DNA of 64,000 nt from Candidatus Altiarchaeota archaeon (GCA_016931955.1 JAFGDV010000022.1:1-64000), one strand, 5' to 3'. Numbered from the stretch's first letter, positions 39,658 through 50,499 are shown. Notes: a model not told the origin generated them from the sequence alone. Program-made: numbers and translations.

Positions 39658-40914
39658 CTATAAGTCAAAGGTGTCGCCCATCTTGGGTGTGTGGGTTTCA
39701 CAGATGCTTGAGAGGAATTCGGCGAATGATTCACAGGGTTTCGGGTCGCCGTGGACTACGAACGCCTTCTCTGGGTTCACCTTCTCTGCTATGTCTTCTA
39801 GGGAGTGTCTGCCGGCGTGGGCTGAGAAATCAAACTGGTGTTTCTCCATCCTCACCTCTAATTCCTTGTCTGTGAGGGGGTCTATGACGTAGCCCTTCTC
39901 CATCAGAAGCCTTCCATTCGTCCCCTCAACCTGGTAGCCTGTTAGCAGGATGGAGCTGAGTTTGTCCATGTGCAGCCTGTGCAGGTAGCTGAAGACTGGG
40001 CCGCCGTTAACCATGCCTGCGGTCGTCACTATGATTGAGGGCTCTGAGAGGGCCTTCTTTCTCGCTGAACTATTATCTATCCAAGTAGCTATGTTAGCAG
40101 CCTTCTGCAGCAAACCCGAGTCCCTGACGTACTCAGGATACTGTAGGAACAGTGAGGTGACCTGCTGACCCATCCCGTCAAGGTATATGGGATAAGGCAT
40201 GTCTTCTAGCATCATCAACACCTCCTGCGTCCTGCCGACCGCGAAGGCCGGAATCAAGGCGTTCCCTCCCCGGTCGACGGTCTCCTCTATGGTGGAGAGA
40301 AACTCTTTCTCCATCTCTCTTCTGCTCGGGTGGACCCTATCTCCGTAGGTGCTCTCTATTATCAAGACATCTGCTTCAGGGATCTCGGCGCCAGCCTGCA
40401 GATGTGTGTCCTTTGTCTTTATATCTCCCGTATAGTAGACCTTTTTTCCCTCGATTTCGAGGAGAACTGCGGCGCTTCCAGGTATGTGGCCCGCATCCAG
40501 CAGCTTAAAGGAGATATTCTCTGTGAGGCTTCTATCTGCGCCGTATGGTATCGATACCTCAGATGAGTGCATGGCTTCGATGTCATGGATTGAATAGATA
40601 TGTCTTTCCTTTCTGAGCTGGTTTATCTTGGCTGAATCCTTCTGCAGCAGATGCGAGGTCTCAAGGCTCAGATCTGTTGCATATATCTTGGGGTGGTTTC
40701 TCCTGTGGAGGGCGGGCAGCATCCCTGAGTGATCCAGGTGTGCATGTGATAGGACAACAGCATCTACGCGGTCAGGCAGGGCAGGGTATCCGTCTTCTTG
40801 TCTTATCTTCAGGCCGCAGTCCAGCATCAACCAGAATCCGTCGGATTCTATCGTAAAACAGGACCTCCCTACCTCCTGCACGCCCCCATGGAAACCAACT
40901 ATTATTCTCACCAC
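39658..40914 (-). CDS. Metallo-beta-lactamase/beta-CASP ribonuclease (aCPSF-like)
   Basis: EVGRS, SHAHLDHSG, AGHIPGS, IESTYG, AVGRTQE, FSAHA, VHGD. Confidence 0.9.
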   Translation of the reverse strand: MVRIIVGFHGGVQEVGRSCFTIESDGFWLMLDCGLKIRQEDGYPALPDRVDAVVLSHAHLDHSGMLPALHRRNHPKIYATDLSLETSHLLQKDSAKINQLRKERHIYSIHDIEAMHSSEVSIPYGADRSLTENISFKLLDAGHIPGSAAVLLEIEGKKVYYTGDIKTKDTHLQAGAEIPEADVLIIESTYGDRVHPSRREMEKEFLSTIEETVDRGGNALIPAFAVGRTQEVLMMLEDMPYPIYLDGMGQQVTSLFLQYPEYVRDSGLLQKAANIATWIDNSSARKKALSEPSIIVTTAGMVNGGPVFSYLHRLHMDKLSSILLTGYQVEGTNGRLLMEKGYVIDPLTDKELEVRMEKHQFDFSAHAGRHSLEDIAEKVNPEKAFVVHGDPKPCESFAEFLSSICETHTPKMGDTFDL

Positions 40915-40922
40915 CTACTGCT

Positions 40923-41357
40923 CTATTCCAGCGACAAATACCACGGCTCGGAGTCTTCAAGGATTCTCGCCGCCTCATCCCTCAACTTCTCAAGTGAACC
41001 GTCGTCCACGTTTTTCTCTTCCAGTTCCTCGGGGTTCACGGATATTGTTATACTAAACACCTTACTCCTCCAGTGCATCCCCGACCTCATGATGTCTTCT
41101 ATGTTCTCCATCTTCGACAGCGTCAGCTCTGAGATCCCTCCCTCTGCTGTGAGCAAACCCGACGCCATCATATTCAGCCTCATCGACTCATGCGCTATGT
41201 CCATCATATTCGACCTGATCTTGGCGTAGTAGGCTTCGCAAAGCTTTGCTAGGGCCGGCTTCCATTCGAACTCGGAGTCTCTTTCATGTATCATGTAGGC
41301 CTTAAATACGATCTTCCTTCTCTTCAGGCCTGACATTATTTCCTCGATTAGGTTCAT
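40923..41357 (-). CDS. Hypothetical protein
   Basis: Clean ORF within a co-oriented gene string; no recognised motif. Confidence 0.55.
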   Translation of the reverse strand: MNLIEEIMSGLKRRKIVFKAYMIHERDSEFEWKPALAKLCEAYYAKIRSNMMDIAHESMRLNMMASGLLTAEGGISELTLSKMENIEDIMRSGMHWRSKVFSITISVNPEELEEKNVDDGSLEKLRDEAARILEDSEPWYLSLE

Positions 41358-41360
41358 TCT

Positions 41361-41624
41361 CTATCTTACAAGCTCTGTGTGCCCAAGATGTACAATCAAA
41401 TCCAGGCCAAGTAGCTCCGAATCCTTTTCTTTCATATCACAGGCCCCATAGACTTGGTCCGTGAAGATAACCGCCTTAGCCCCTGACCTGCCCTCAATTT
41501 CCTCAGCCAATTGCACTGCATATTCCTTCAGGCCTTCTGGAAACTGCAAGCCGACAAAGCAGGCACCCACCTCTTTGATCCCCCCCAGGATCTTGTTGAG
41601 TTCAAACTCATATTCTATTGGCAT
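41361..41624 (-). CDS. Stand-alone N-terminal domain of diphthamide synthesis protein Dph2
   Basis: VGLQFPEGLK..YGACD..LIVHLGH, then stop; ~87 aa. Confidence 0.75.
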   Translation of the reverse strand: MPIEYEFELNKILGGIKEVGACFVGLQFPEGLKEYAVQLAEEIEGRSGAKAVIFTDQVYGACDMKEKDSELLGLDLIVHLGHTELVR

Positions 41625-41681
41625 GCTAACCAACGTCGTTAATTAATAGAATTTCTAGCTATTTAAGTTTATACCCAAGTT

Positions 41682-43421
41682 TTATTCCCTAGTGAACCTC
41701 AGCCTCTTCAGCTTCCTTATCTCCTTCAGAACGGATAATTCATCTTCTGTCATGTTTTCCTCCTTTAAGTCCTTCAGCTCATCAGATGAGAGGAAGGAGT
41801 AGATGATGTCCCCCTCATTGATGTGTCTGCCTATCATCACCCCCTCGATCGCTATCGCCACCCTTTCTCCCGTCTTCGCGGTCTTTATGGTCTCTTTCTC
41901 TTTCTGCATCTGCTTTATTCTGCCGCAGACCTTCAGGTCCTCCCTCATCAGGTGTGTCCCAGTTGAAAGGGTTCCGCCAAGGACTTCCACGCCCACTATG
42001 GCTGGCTTGCTCTGCCTGAAGACATGCTTGGGTAGGATTCGTATCTTGGCCGGCGTCGTGATCTTTCCCTCCATCTCCGTTCTCTCTCTTTCTTTCTCCT
42101 CCTTCACCCACTTCCCATAGTCTTCAACTAGCTTATAGATGATCTTTTCCTGGAACACCTTCACGTTCCTTGATTCCGCTAACGCCTTAGCTTCCTTCAG
42201 TATGTCTGAGTTGAATGCTAGTATGACTCCAAGGAACCTGTCCTCTGAGCTGACGGCTGACGCCTCTATTATATCAGCATTGGAGACCTTGCCTATGGTG
42301 GCCTTCTTTATTGGTATGTTTTTTTCATTCAACGTCTTGACTAGGGCTTCTAGAGAACCTATTGTGTCAGCCCTCAGGGTGACGCCCTTCTGTTCCCTGT
42401 TTATTTCGACGTCCTCTATCTCAGCCTTCACTTTTTCTATCAACTCCTCTCCGCCGACGTAGACTGAGGAGCCTGCTAACGCATCCTCTAAGCCGGGTGC
42501 GGCTATCTTGACCCCCGCTGCTGCGCACACCTCCTGCACGTTCATGAACTTGTCTCTTGGATCTCGCATCTCGTCGAGCGGCTTCGGTCTTAGGAGGGCT
42601 TTGACCTTCGTTACTATGGGCTGCTTGCTACCCACCACTACCGTGTCCCCTTTCCTGATGATGCCATCGTAGATGATCACGTCTATTGTAGTACCTAAGC
42701 CGCGTTCTTCTTTGACTTCCAGGATGGTGCCCTTCGCGGGCGTGTTTTCTTCTATGGTCAGGTTTTCAGTTAAATATTGTTGCACTAACCCCATCAACAC
42801 CATCAGCAGCTCAGGTATTCCATAGCCTTTTTTCGCGGAAATCGGCACTATAGCTATGTTCTTCGTGAAATCGCTGATGTTCGTGTACAGGTCTGAGTCG
42901 AATCCGTGTTCAGCCAGCTGCCGCACTAAGCGGTACAGTTTCTCGTAGAATTGTTTCTTCACGTGTTCTTGTTGTTGCTCTAAGCCCATCTTAGGGTTCC
43001 AGCCGTGGATGAGGTCTGCTTTGTTGGCCGCGACCACGAAGGGTACCTTGTTCTGCCTTATTATCTGTATCGCCTCCTTTGTCTGAGGCATAAGTCCCTC
43101 GTTTATGTCCACCATGAGTATTGCGAGGTCTGATACACTGCCCCCTCTCTTTCTGAGGTTCGTGAACGCCTCATGTCCAGGTGTGTCGATGAACAGCAGA
43201 CCTCTTAGAGGAATCTTCAGCTTCAATGCCTTGAGCAGGGGCCCGCACACCTTCTGTACGGCTTCAATCGGCACATCCGTCGCCCCGATGTGCTGCGTTA
43301 TCCCCCCAGCCTCCCTGGAAGCAACAACCGTGCCCCTGACCCAGTCCAAGAACGTCGTCTTCCCGTGGTCGATGTGCCCCAATACAGAGATAATAGGCTC
43401 CCTGACATAAGTAGAAGACAT
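41682..43421 (-). CDS. infB: Translation initiation factor aIF5B/IF-2
   Basis: GHIDHGKT, EAGGITQHIGAT, DTPGHEAF, NKAD. Confidence 0.95.
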   Translation of the reverse strand: MSSTYVREPIISVLGHIDHGKTTFLDWVRGTVVASREAGGITQHIGATDVPIEAVQKVCGPLLKALKLKIPLRGLLFIDTPGHEAFTNLRKRGGSVSDLAILMVDINEGLMPQTKEAIQIIRQNKVPFVVAANKADLIHGWNPKMGLEQQQEHVKKQFYEKLYRLVRQLAEHGFDSDLYTNISDFTKNIAIVPISAKKGYGIPELLMVLMGLVQQYLTENLTIEENTPAKGTILEVKEERGLGTTIDVIIYDGIIRKGDTVVVGSKQPIVTKVKALLRPKPLDEMRDPRDKFMNVQEVCAAAGVKIAAPGLEDALAGSSVYVGGEELIEKVKAEIEDVEINREQKGVTLRADTIGSLEALVKTLNEKNIPIKKATIGKVSNADIIEASAVSSEDRFLGVILAFNSDILKEAKALAESRNVKVFQEKIIYKLVEDYGKWVKEEKERERTEMEGKITTPAKIRILPKHVFRQSKPAIVGVEVLGGTLSTGTHLMREDLKVCGRIKQMQKEKETIKTAKTGERVAIAIEGVMIGRHINEGDIIYSFLSSDELKDLKEENMTEDELSVLKEIRKLKRLRFTRE

Positions 43422-43501
43422 AAAACCATATTAGAATTCCAGACTTAAGTAACGCTTTTATAGTAGAAAAAAAAAATCAATAACATCATCTAGGTGATTT
43501 C

Positions 43502-46500
43502 ATGACTGAATTAATCAAAAGAATTATGTATATGTCTATGATTTGTTTATTGTTGATTTTTCTGGCGAACACTGCCATTTCTACATACCAGATTGTGGTT
43601 ATAAGTCAAGGCGACTATGTTAAGGATCTGAACGCTGCACTGACTGCGGATTTCTATAACAAGGATACGGGTCTCAGATTCGACGGCGTTAGGACCTATA
43701 AAAAGGGAAATCTCACAACATACACCTGGTTTGATGATAACCTTACCCTTACTGAGGCGGACATCTTGATGAATGAAACATACAATAATGTGCAATGCCG
43801 GCTCTGTTCACCCAATCCACCGAAGGCCAACCCATCTCATGACATGAGCGAGGAGATAACGATAAACTCGAGCAAGATACGCTATTACGAAGAGGGCCTT
43901 GGCTCAGATGATTCCGAAACACTGAGGATGGCTATCGATGCCAATGCAATCAAATACACGATAAATACTGGCTACATACCATTAGATGATATGCCTCTAG
44001 GAGGTGATTACATAGACATGGAGTACCGGGGTAAGATGATGTTCTTTGGCAAGGAATATTACGTGAAGGATGTGACTTTAGACAAGATATATCTCTCAAA
44101 GGGCATGGTACTTGACGATGTCAGCAGTGAGGGTTACTTCATAGAATACCATGATTATAAGTTCAGGGTAAACAGCCTGGTATATGATGAGAATTGCACG
44201 AATGAGATACTAAGCATGGTTGTAGACGTCAAGAAACCAGATGAAACTGTTGTCGAGGTTCAATGCCCTGTCAACAAAAGCGGGTCAGTGGGTGTTGTGG
44301 ACGACTTTGAGATAATTGCTATTTCGGGGAACATAATAAATGACTCCTTGAGTGTGGGTGCGATAAATGTAACCAACACCTCCAGCGGAAGCAGTGTCTT
44401 ACTGGACATAAACAGCACAGGATATGTAACACAATGGGGTTACAGCTTTAAGGTTAATCGTATTATAACGGATTGTATGTTGGCTAAGGGCATAAACCTG
44501 TACGTAGAAAAACCGGATGGATCAATCGTGGAGACACAGGTATCCAAGATGGCTAACGGCTTAGTGGATGACATGGAGATAGGCGGCATCTATGGTGAGC
44601 TTGTGGACGATGTCGAGTTAGCGAGTATAATAGTGTACGACACGACAACAGAGGTAGTTCTGGAAGACAGCGAGGATATAGAAGTCGACGGTATCGAGTA
44701 CGAAGGTTGGAAGGTTAAATGGAGGGATTACGCAAAGAACTGCAGCGAGCTTGCCTGTGGTATTGCTGACTATGCGAACTCTTCCGCTGACGTTCTTGAG
44801 AAGATAGAGGTTACTTTTACTGATGACGTAACTGGAGTTGATGCATTAAAGGTTGATGAGTCGCTGTCCTTCCCCGGCAGATTCAGGCTGAAGTTTATGG
44901 GCTTCTTAGATGATGAACTCATGGGTTCTGACTGCTCTGGAGGATGTCCCATAACCTTAGAGAAGGATACCCAGGATTACAGGCTTCGTCTGAACTTTAC
45001 AGCAGATAACGGTATGCGTTATGGAAACATCAGGCTTGATGAGGGGCCCTTCTATAGAGCCGAGGTCTTTATATTAGATGGCGAACTAACCAGGTATAGG
45101 AGATACACAAAAACTAAGGGACCGAGTGACAAAGACGATAATGTCACAGTGCTTCTCACAACCCCTATAGATAGGGATATGAGTAGTCGAACCATCACAT
45201 TGAACAGGCTCTGCGATCCAGACGGTGTTGGAGGCAGTTCCTTCGATGACTGCACTGTTGGGGGTAAACCGACCTGCGACTGCTCTGGTATTCCAGACCT
45301 AAAGTTGAGATTGCTTGCACTGACTGATGCCATGGATGATACTACTCCATCAGAGTACGAGAACGATTATCAGGTTACATTAGACCTGGATGATCTCTTC
45401 TGGGCTCAGGACTCTGCAACAGACCAAGACCTTGTGATCTGGTTCGATGCCAGCAGCAGTCTCATATTCTATTCCACGGACAAGAATGATACATGGATTA
45501 CAGTAGAGCCGAAGATGGTCTCTCCAGGTGCTTCTTCGACGAACGACACCTACAAGATAGACTACTTCGATCTGGAGAACAGGACGATGTGGGTGATGAG
45601 GGAATGCGACCTTGCCAATGACGTGAATGCCACAAGCCTGAATCTGACATGTGACCTTAACAACGACACAAAAGACAGTCCTGCTACTACAGGAAACGAT
45701 GATGATCTATTAGTTATATTTGAAAGCGGTAGCGGGAATGAGTACATGGTTTTAGACCTCACAGATAGGGGTTATAATGAGGGACATGATTACAGACATG
45801 ATAACCGCATCGGTTTGTACTCTAACTGGTCGAACACTAACAGGACAGAGAATGCTAACAACCTCATCGGAGTATATGACGAAGACATATTCACAGTGAT
45901 GGTAACGCCCAGCAATGGTGACAGGTACACCATAGACTGGGGCGTAGATAACGAAATTGAGGAAATGGGCATCTGCTATCTTCCAAGAGACACCATAGTA
46001 GGGCGGGGTCTGGACGTCCACCAGCTCACCATCGACTTTACAGGAGAAGAAGGTAACAGATATGAGGATATTAGGCTGGACGAGGGACTCTTTTCCAAGG
46101 GGGATTGGTTTATTCTAGACGGTAAGGTCATCGGATTCGATGGTTACGATTCAGAGTTGGGAATTTTTGACAAGGATGACAATTTCACAATAACCCTTGA
46201 GCTGCAGAACACAAGCAAGCGAACCGTCAAATTGAACAGGCTCTGTGATCCACTAAGTTCTGACAACAACAGCTTCGAGAATTGCTCTATTGGAGGCACT
46301 CCAACCTGTGGCTGTTTATTGATGGACGACCTAAAGTTGAGATTAATCGCCCTTTACGATGCCATGGAAGACTCCCTACCCCCAGCACCGTACGAGAACG
46401 ATTATCCAATTACATTAGAGCCTGAGGATCTCTTCTGGGCGCAGGACTCAAATACTGCTGAAAACCTTGTACTGTGGTTCGACGAATCGGGCAATATCAT

Positions 46501-48001
46501 ATTCTATTCAACCGATGAAAACGATACCAGGATTACAATAGAACCTAAGATGGTGAATCCAGGGGCTTCTTCGACGAACGACACCCACAAGATAGGTTCT
46601 TCCGGTACAAGAATCTGGGTCACACGAGAATGCGACTTCATGAACGACGTGAACGCCACCAGCGAAAACGCATCATGCGACTGGAACAACGATGGAGCAG
46701 TAGGAACTACTGCAAGAAACGACGACGACTTATTGGTCATATTCGAGAGCGAGAAAGGGGAGTACGTCGTAGCAGACTACTCAGACAGAGGATACAATGA
46801 AGGAGCAAGCTACAAATTCAAGAACAGTCTAGGGTTGTATAGCAACTTCACTGATAATGCAAGCCAGAACAGTGCCAACGAAATCGTGGTACTCGATGAA
46901 GACACTGACAACCTGCTGATAACTCCCTTAGGAGGTGGGGAATACACAATAGACTGGGGCGTAGATAATAAAATTGATGAAGTAAGTTTGTGCCACCCCG
47001 AGCATACAGTAAATGCAGCATATTTTATAGGTTTGAAGTCTGTTACAACTGTGCGGGAGACTGCTGGCGAGAAAGTCAGTACAACAGCAAACCAGACCAA
47101 TATCGTAAACATGAGTGATATAGATGTCATTCTGGAGTTAGTTACAAGTGAAGACGCAACCGCAAATGTAAACGCCACCATATACGTGAACTCGACGGAT
47201 TACTTTAATGACACATACTTTGGACATGTGTTGGAGCCGAATCTGCCTGCATCCGCCCTTGGCAGATATGCTGAGATAATAGCTGATAGTTCAGTAGTAA
47301 ACAATCTTAAATATATCCTGATAAAGGTCTACTACTCAGACAGCGAAGTCACTGCAGCCGGTCTCGTGGAATCTCAGCTGAGATTGTACAGATACGATGA
47401 AAACACAGATACTTGGGTTCTGCTCACACCAGACCTTAGCTGGGTCTTCGGCTCGGGAGTGGATACGACGAACAACTTCGTTTGGGCGAACACCTCCAGG
47501 TTCAGCACCTACGGCATCTGGGAGGGGACGACGACCACGACAACCACACCACCTGCACCGACTACGACAAGATACTATGGTGGAGGAGGTGGCGGTTCTG
47601 GCGGGGGCGCAGCCAGCGGTGCGAAAGTGCTGCCCTCCTGCTTTGATGGGATCCTGAACTGCCACGACGGAGACTGTGAAACCGGAATAGACTGCGGCGG
47701 ACCCTGCAAGCCCTGCCCCAGCTGCAGTGACGGAATACAGAATCAAGGCGAGGAAGGGGTGGATTGCGGCGGACCATGCGAGCCCTGTAAGACAACAACG
47801 ACGAAAGCCACAACGACAACATTGAAGACAGAGAAAACAACGAGCACGTCAACTATGATAGGGGCTACAACAACCACCGTAATCCAGACGACGACAACAA
47901 AACCTTCTATGGGAGAAGATACTATGACATTGCCTGTAATCGCCATAGCCGGCGTATTCGTAGTGATAGCACTGGCAGTGTTTTTGTTGAAGAAGAAGTA
48001 G
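43502..48001 (+). CDS. 1499-aa S-layer-like surface glycoprotein with internal duplication, DCGGPC module and C-terminal anchor
   Basis: Acidic, many N-x-S/T sites; ~330-aa duplicated block; LRLYRYDE..W..SGVD..VWANTSRFSTYGI domain; Thr linker + TM + KKK. Confidence 0.65.
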   Translation: MTELIKRIMYMSMICLLLIFLANTAISTYQIVVISQGDYVKDLNAALTADFYNKDTGLRFDGVRTYKKGNLTTYTWFDDNLTLTEADILMNETYNNVQCRLCSPNPPKANPSHDMSEEITINSSKIRYYEEGLGSDDSETLRMAIDANAIKYTINTGYIPLDDMPLGGDYIDMEYRGKMMFFGKEYYVKDVTLDKIYLSKGMVLDDVSSEGYFIEYHDYKFRVNSLVYDENCTNEILSMVVDVKKPDETVVEVQCPVNKSGSVGVVDDFEIIAISGNIINDSLSVGAINVTNTSSGSSVLLDINSTGYVTQWGYSFKVNRIITDCMLAKGINLYVEKPDGSIVETQVSKMANGLVDDMEIGGIYGELVDDVELASIIVYDTTTEVVLEDSEDIEVDGIEYEGWKVKWRDYAKNCSELACGIADYANSSADVLEKIEVTFTDDVTGVDALKVDESLSFPGRFRLKFMGFLDDELMGSDCSGGCPITLEKDTQDYRLRLNFTADNGMRYGNIRLDEGPFYRAEVFILDGELTRYRRYTKTKGPSDKDDNVTVLLTTPIDRDMSSRTITLNRLCDPDGVGGSSFDDCTVGGKPTCDCSGIPDLKLRLLALTDAMDDTTPSEYENDYQVTLDLDDLFWAQDSATDQDLVIWFDASSSLIFYSTDKNDTWITVEPKMVSPGASSTNDTYKIDYFDLENRTMWVMRECDLANDVNATSLNLTCDLNNDTKDSPATTGNDDDLLVIFESGSGNEYMVLDLTDRGYNEGHDYRHDNRIGLYSNWSNTNRTENANNLIGVYDEDIFTVMVTPSNGDRYTIDWGVDNEIEEMGICYLPRDTIVGRGLDVHQLTIDFTGEEGNRYEDIRLDEGLFSKGDWFILDGKVIGFDGYDSELGIFDKDDNFTITLELQNTSKRTVKLNRLCDPLSSDNNSFENCSIGGTPTCGCLLMDDLKLRLIALYDAMEDSLPPAPYENDYPITLEPEDLFWAQDSNTAENLVLWFDESGNIIFYSTDENDTRITIEPKMVNPGASSTNDTHKIGSSGTRIWVTRECDFMNDVNATSENASCDWNNDGAVGTTARNDDDLLVIFESEKGEYVVADYSDRGYNEGASYKFKNSLGLYSNFTDNASQNSANEIVVLDEDTDNLLITPLGGGEYTIDWGVDNKIDEVSLCHPEHTVNAAYFIGLKSVTTVRETAGEKVSTTANQTNIVNMSDIDVILELVTSEDATANVNATIYVNSTDYFNDTYFGHVLEPNLPASALGRYAEIIADSSVVNNLKYILIKVYYSDSEVTAAGLVESQLRLYRYDENTDTWVLLTPDLSWVFGSGVDTTNNFVWANTSRFSTYGIWEGTTTTTTTPPAPTTTRYYGGGGGGSGGGAASGAKVLPSCFDGILNCHDGDCETGIDCGGPCKPCPSCSDGIQNQGEEGVDCGGPCEPCKTTTTKATTTTLKTEKTTSTSTMIGATTTTVIQTTTTKPSMGEDTMTLPVIAIAGVFVVIALAVFLLKKK

Positions 48002-48002
48002 T

Positions 48003-48743
48003 TCAGAGATCATATTCTTTGACTGCTTCTATTATTTCTTTTACCTTTGTTTGGTTTTCTTCTGCTATGGTGCCAGTTACTATTACGTCTGCGCCGTGTT
48101 CTACTTTGTCTAGTGCGGTTTTTCCGTCTCTTATGCCGCCTCCGACTATTAACGGGATGCTCAAGTTCGAGTGCACCGCCATGATCATTTCGTTAGGCAC
48201 CGGTTTCTCTGCGCCGGAGCCGGCTTCCAGGTAGACGCACTGCATCCCATAGTATTCCGCCGTCAACGCATACTTTAAGAGCTTCTGTATATCCCCCTCC
48301 TGGATGATGTCCAAGTCCGCGATACTTTCAACTGTCGTGGGCTTCTTGCTGGTGCTTACCACGATATAGCCCATGCTGATAGGGTGTATGCCATATTCTT
48401 TCACAGCCAATGCGCCCGCGAGTTGCTCCTCCACCAAAAACCTCCTCTTCTTCGAGTTGAGGAGACACATGAAGAATATGTAGTCCGCAGACTCCGTCAC
48501 AGCGTTCGAGGAATTCGGGAATAATATGATTGGCAGATTCACTGCATCCTTTATGGCTACTACTGTTTCCTCGACATTCTTTCGGCTTACCGTGGAGCCG
48601 CCGACCATTATGGCATCGGTTCCATAGGAGCTGCATGTTGCAGCCATCTTGGCTGCTTTCTCCGGCGCCTGCTTGTCTGGATCAATCAATGTGAAATGTA
48701 GTTTCTTTTTCTTCTCGCCAAGCCATTCCCTTAATACATTCAT
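48003..48743 (-). CDS. Geranylgeranylglyceryl phosphate synthase
   Basis: HFTLIDPDK, DAIMVGGS, YLEAGSGA, IVGGGIR. Confidence 0.92.
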   Translation of the reverse strand: MNVLREWLGEKKKKLHFTLIDPDKQAPEKAAKMAATCSSYGTDAIMVGGSTVSRKNVEETVVAIKDAVNLPIILFPNSSNAVTESADYIFFMCLLNSKKRRFLVEEQLAGALAVKEYGIHPISMGYIVVSTSKKPTTVESIADLDIIQEGDIQKLLKYALTAEYYGMQCVYLEAGSGAEKPVPNEMIMAVHSNLSIPLIVGGGIRDGKTALDKVEHGADVIVTGTIAEENQTKVKEIIEAVKEYDL

Positions 48744-49750
48744 CCTAGGACCTCGGTTGCTTGGGCGACTTCGATGGCTTCTTTCTCTGATAAGCCGCCC
48801 CTTAGGATGGTGTATCTGTCCCTTATCTTGTGCGCCATCGTCAATGCCTCAATGATGTGTTCCTCTCCTATGTTCAATCCCTGGGAATTTGTTGGGGCTT
48901 TGACCTTCTTCAGTGAATCTCGGAGCTTCTCCCAGTCCTTGCCGTGGAGGTAGGTCATCATTATGGCGCCTACTCCACATTGTTCCCCATGCAATGCCGG
49001 CTTAGGGCATATCATATCCAATGCGTGGCTGAATTGGTGTTCTGAGCCTGAACAGGGCCTGCTGGATCCGGCGATGCCCATCGCAACACCCGAGCTTATT
49101 AAAGCCTCCACCAGTATGTTGACTTCGTCCATGATGTTTTCTGCATTATACATGACTATCTGGGCGCTCATCATCGACAACGTTGCAGCGTAGTCTCCAT
49201 AGTATTCGTCTTTTTCTTCATGCGCCAGCTTCCAGTCCAGCACTGCAGAGTAATTCGATATGGCATCCGCACAGCCTGACGCCGTCAGTCTGGGAGGCGC
49301 CTTACGCATTATCTCCGTATCCGCTATTATGCCCAAGGCAGAGTGGACTTTCATGGACACCGGCTGCTTGCCTTTAAGTGAAGCCTGCGGAGACGTTATC
49401 CCGTCATGGGATGCCGCAGTTGGTATGCTGATGAAGGGTTTACCAGAGTGAAAGGCTGAGACCTTTGTAATGTCTATCACTGTCCCACCGCCCACCCCAG
49501 CAACGTAGTTGATTTCTTCCTTCTTAATCAAGTCGATGATCTTCTGGATCTCCTCATCCATCAAGCCCTCGATAACATGGCTTACTGAACCAAGCTCCTC
49601 CCCAACCCTCTTCCCCGCAATCTGTGCAGTGTTCTTGTCTGCGATCACCAGAGAGTTCCCGTATAGGTTTAACTCAGATACGAGTTCGCAGACCTTCTCT
49701 AACGCACCATCTCCCACAAGCACCTTCCTCGGGAGTTCAATGTCTTTCAT
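48740..49750 (-). CDS. egsA: sn-Glycerol-1-phosphate dehydrogenase
   Basis: GVGGG..ID, PTAASHDGITSP, SRPCSGSEHQFSHALD, LHGEQCG. Confidence 0.95.
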   Translation of the reverse strand: MKDIELPRKVLVGDGALEKVCELVSELNLYGNSLVIADKNTAQIAGKRVGEELGSVSHVIEGLMDEEIQKIIDLIKKEEINYVAGVGGGTVIDITKVSAFHSGKPFISIPTAASHDGITSPQASLKGKQPVSMKVHSALGIIADTEIMRKAPPRLTASGCADAISNYSAVLDWKLAHEEKDEYYGDYAATLSMMSAQIVMYNAENIMDEVNILVEALISSGVAMGIAGSSRPCSGSEHQFSHALDMICPKPALHGEQCGVGAIMMTYLHGKDWEKLRDSLKKVKAPTNSQGLNIGEEHIIEALTMAHKIRDRYTILRGGLSEKEAIEVAQATEVLG

Positions 49751-49783
49751 CTCTTAGATATTAAAGCAATCAGATAAAAAAAC

Positions 49784-50077
49784 CTAAAAAAGAATAAACT
49801 GCGCATGTTTTACGCCGGCCACCTTTAGGACATGCTCTTCTTCTATGAAGCCCAGCTCCTCGGCGTGACTAACTACTTTGTTTCCTGTGAGGTTGGCTAT
49901 GGTCGCCTGCAATAGATGATCCCTTAGGTTTTCCACGCATTCAAGACTGCCCTCATAGAACTTCTTGGAGACGTTAAGGCGCATGTCTCCTTCACTGAAA
50001 TCCTTGCCCAGGATTTCTCTGTCGCATGCCGCAATCAAGACATCGTCTTCTCGCCGGTATACTTTCACATACATCAT
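49784..50077 (-). CDS. DUF424 family protein
   Basis: LIAACDREILGK..VSKKFYEG..ATIANLTG. Confidence 0.85.
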   Translation of the reverse strand: MMYVKVYRREDDVLIAACDREILGKDFSEGDMRLNVSKKFYEGSLECVENLRDHLLQATIANLTGNKVVSHAEELGFIEEEHVLKVAGVKHAQFILF

Positions 50078-50079
50078 GT

Positions 50080-50496
50080 TCACTTGATTTTTCTCTGAGG
50101 CCACCATCCACCACATGCTTCGCATTTGATGATGCGTTCCCCTTCCAGCTCCGTGAACTTTGTATCCGGGCGCCCGCATTCGTGACAGATAACATACTCT
50201 CTAGCGTAATCCTCTATCCTCTTGTTGATCATCTCCCTTTTAAGAGCTCGATTGATTATTATCCTTTTACCCTCTACCACGATCAAAGCCGCAAGCTCCT
50301 TCGAAAGGTAGGTTTGTATGTGCCTTGGATCTCTCCCAAGGGTGTCTGCTATCTCATTGAAGTTTTTCAAGATGGTCTGATTCCCCTCCACAAAAGAATC
50401 CGCTTTAGGCAACTCAAACCTTGAATGATCCCTCAGCTTCTCCGGCAGATTCGCCCACGCCCTGTCCAGCAGTTTCCCGTAATCGTATTCCATCAT
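50080..50496 (-). CDS. eif2b: Translation initiation factor aIF2 subunit beta
   Basis: LLDRA..RFELP, TILKNF, YVICHECGRPDT..CEACG. Confidence 0.93.
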   Translation of the reverse strand: MMEYDYGKLLDRAWANLPEKLRDHSRFELPKADSFVEGNQTILKNFNEIADTLGRDPRHIQTYLSKELAALIVVEGKRIIINRALKREMINKRIEDYAREYVICHECGRPDTKFTELEGERIIKCEACGGWWPQRKIK

Positions 50497-50499
50497 ACC

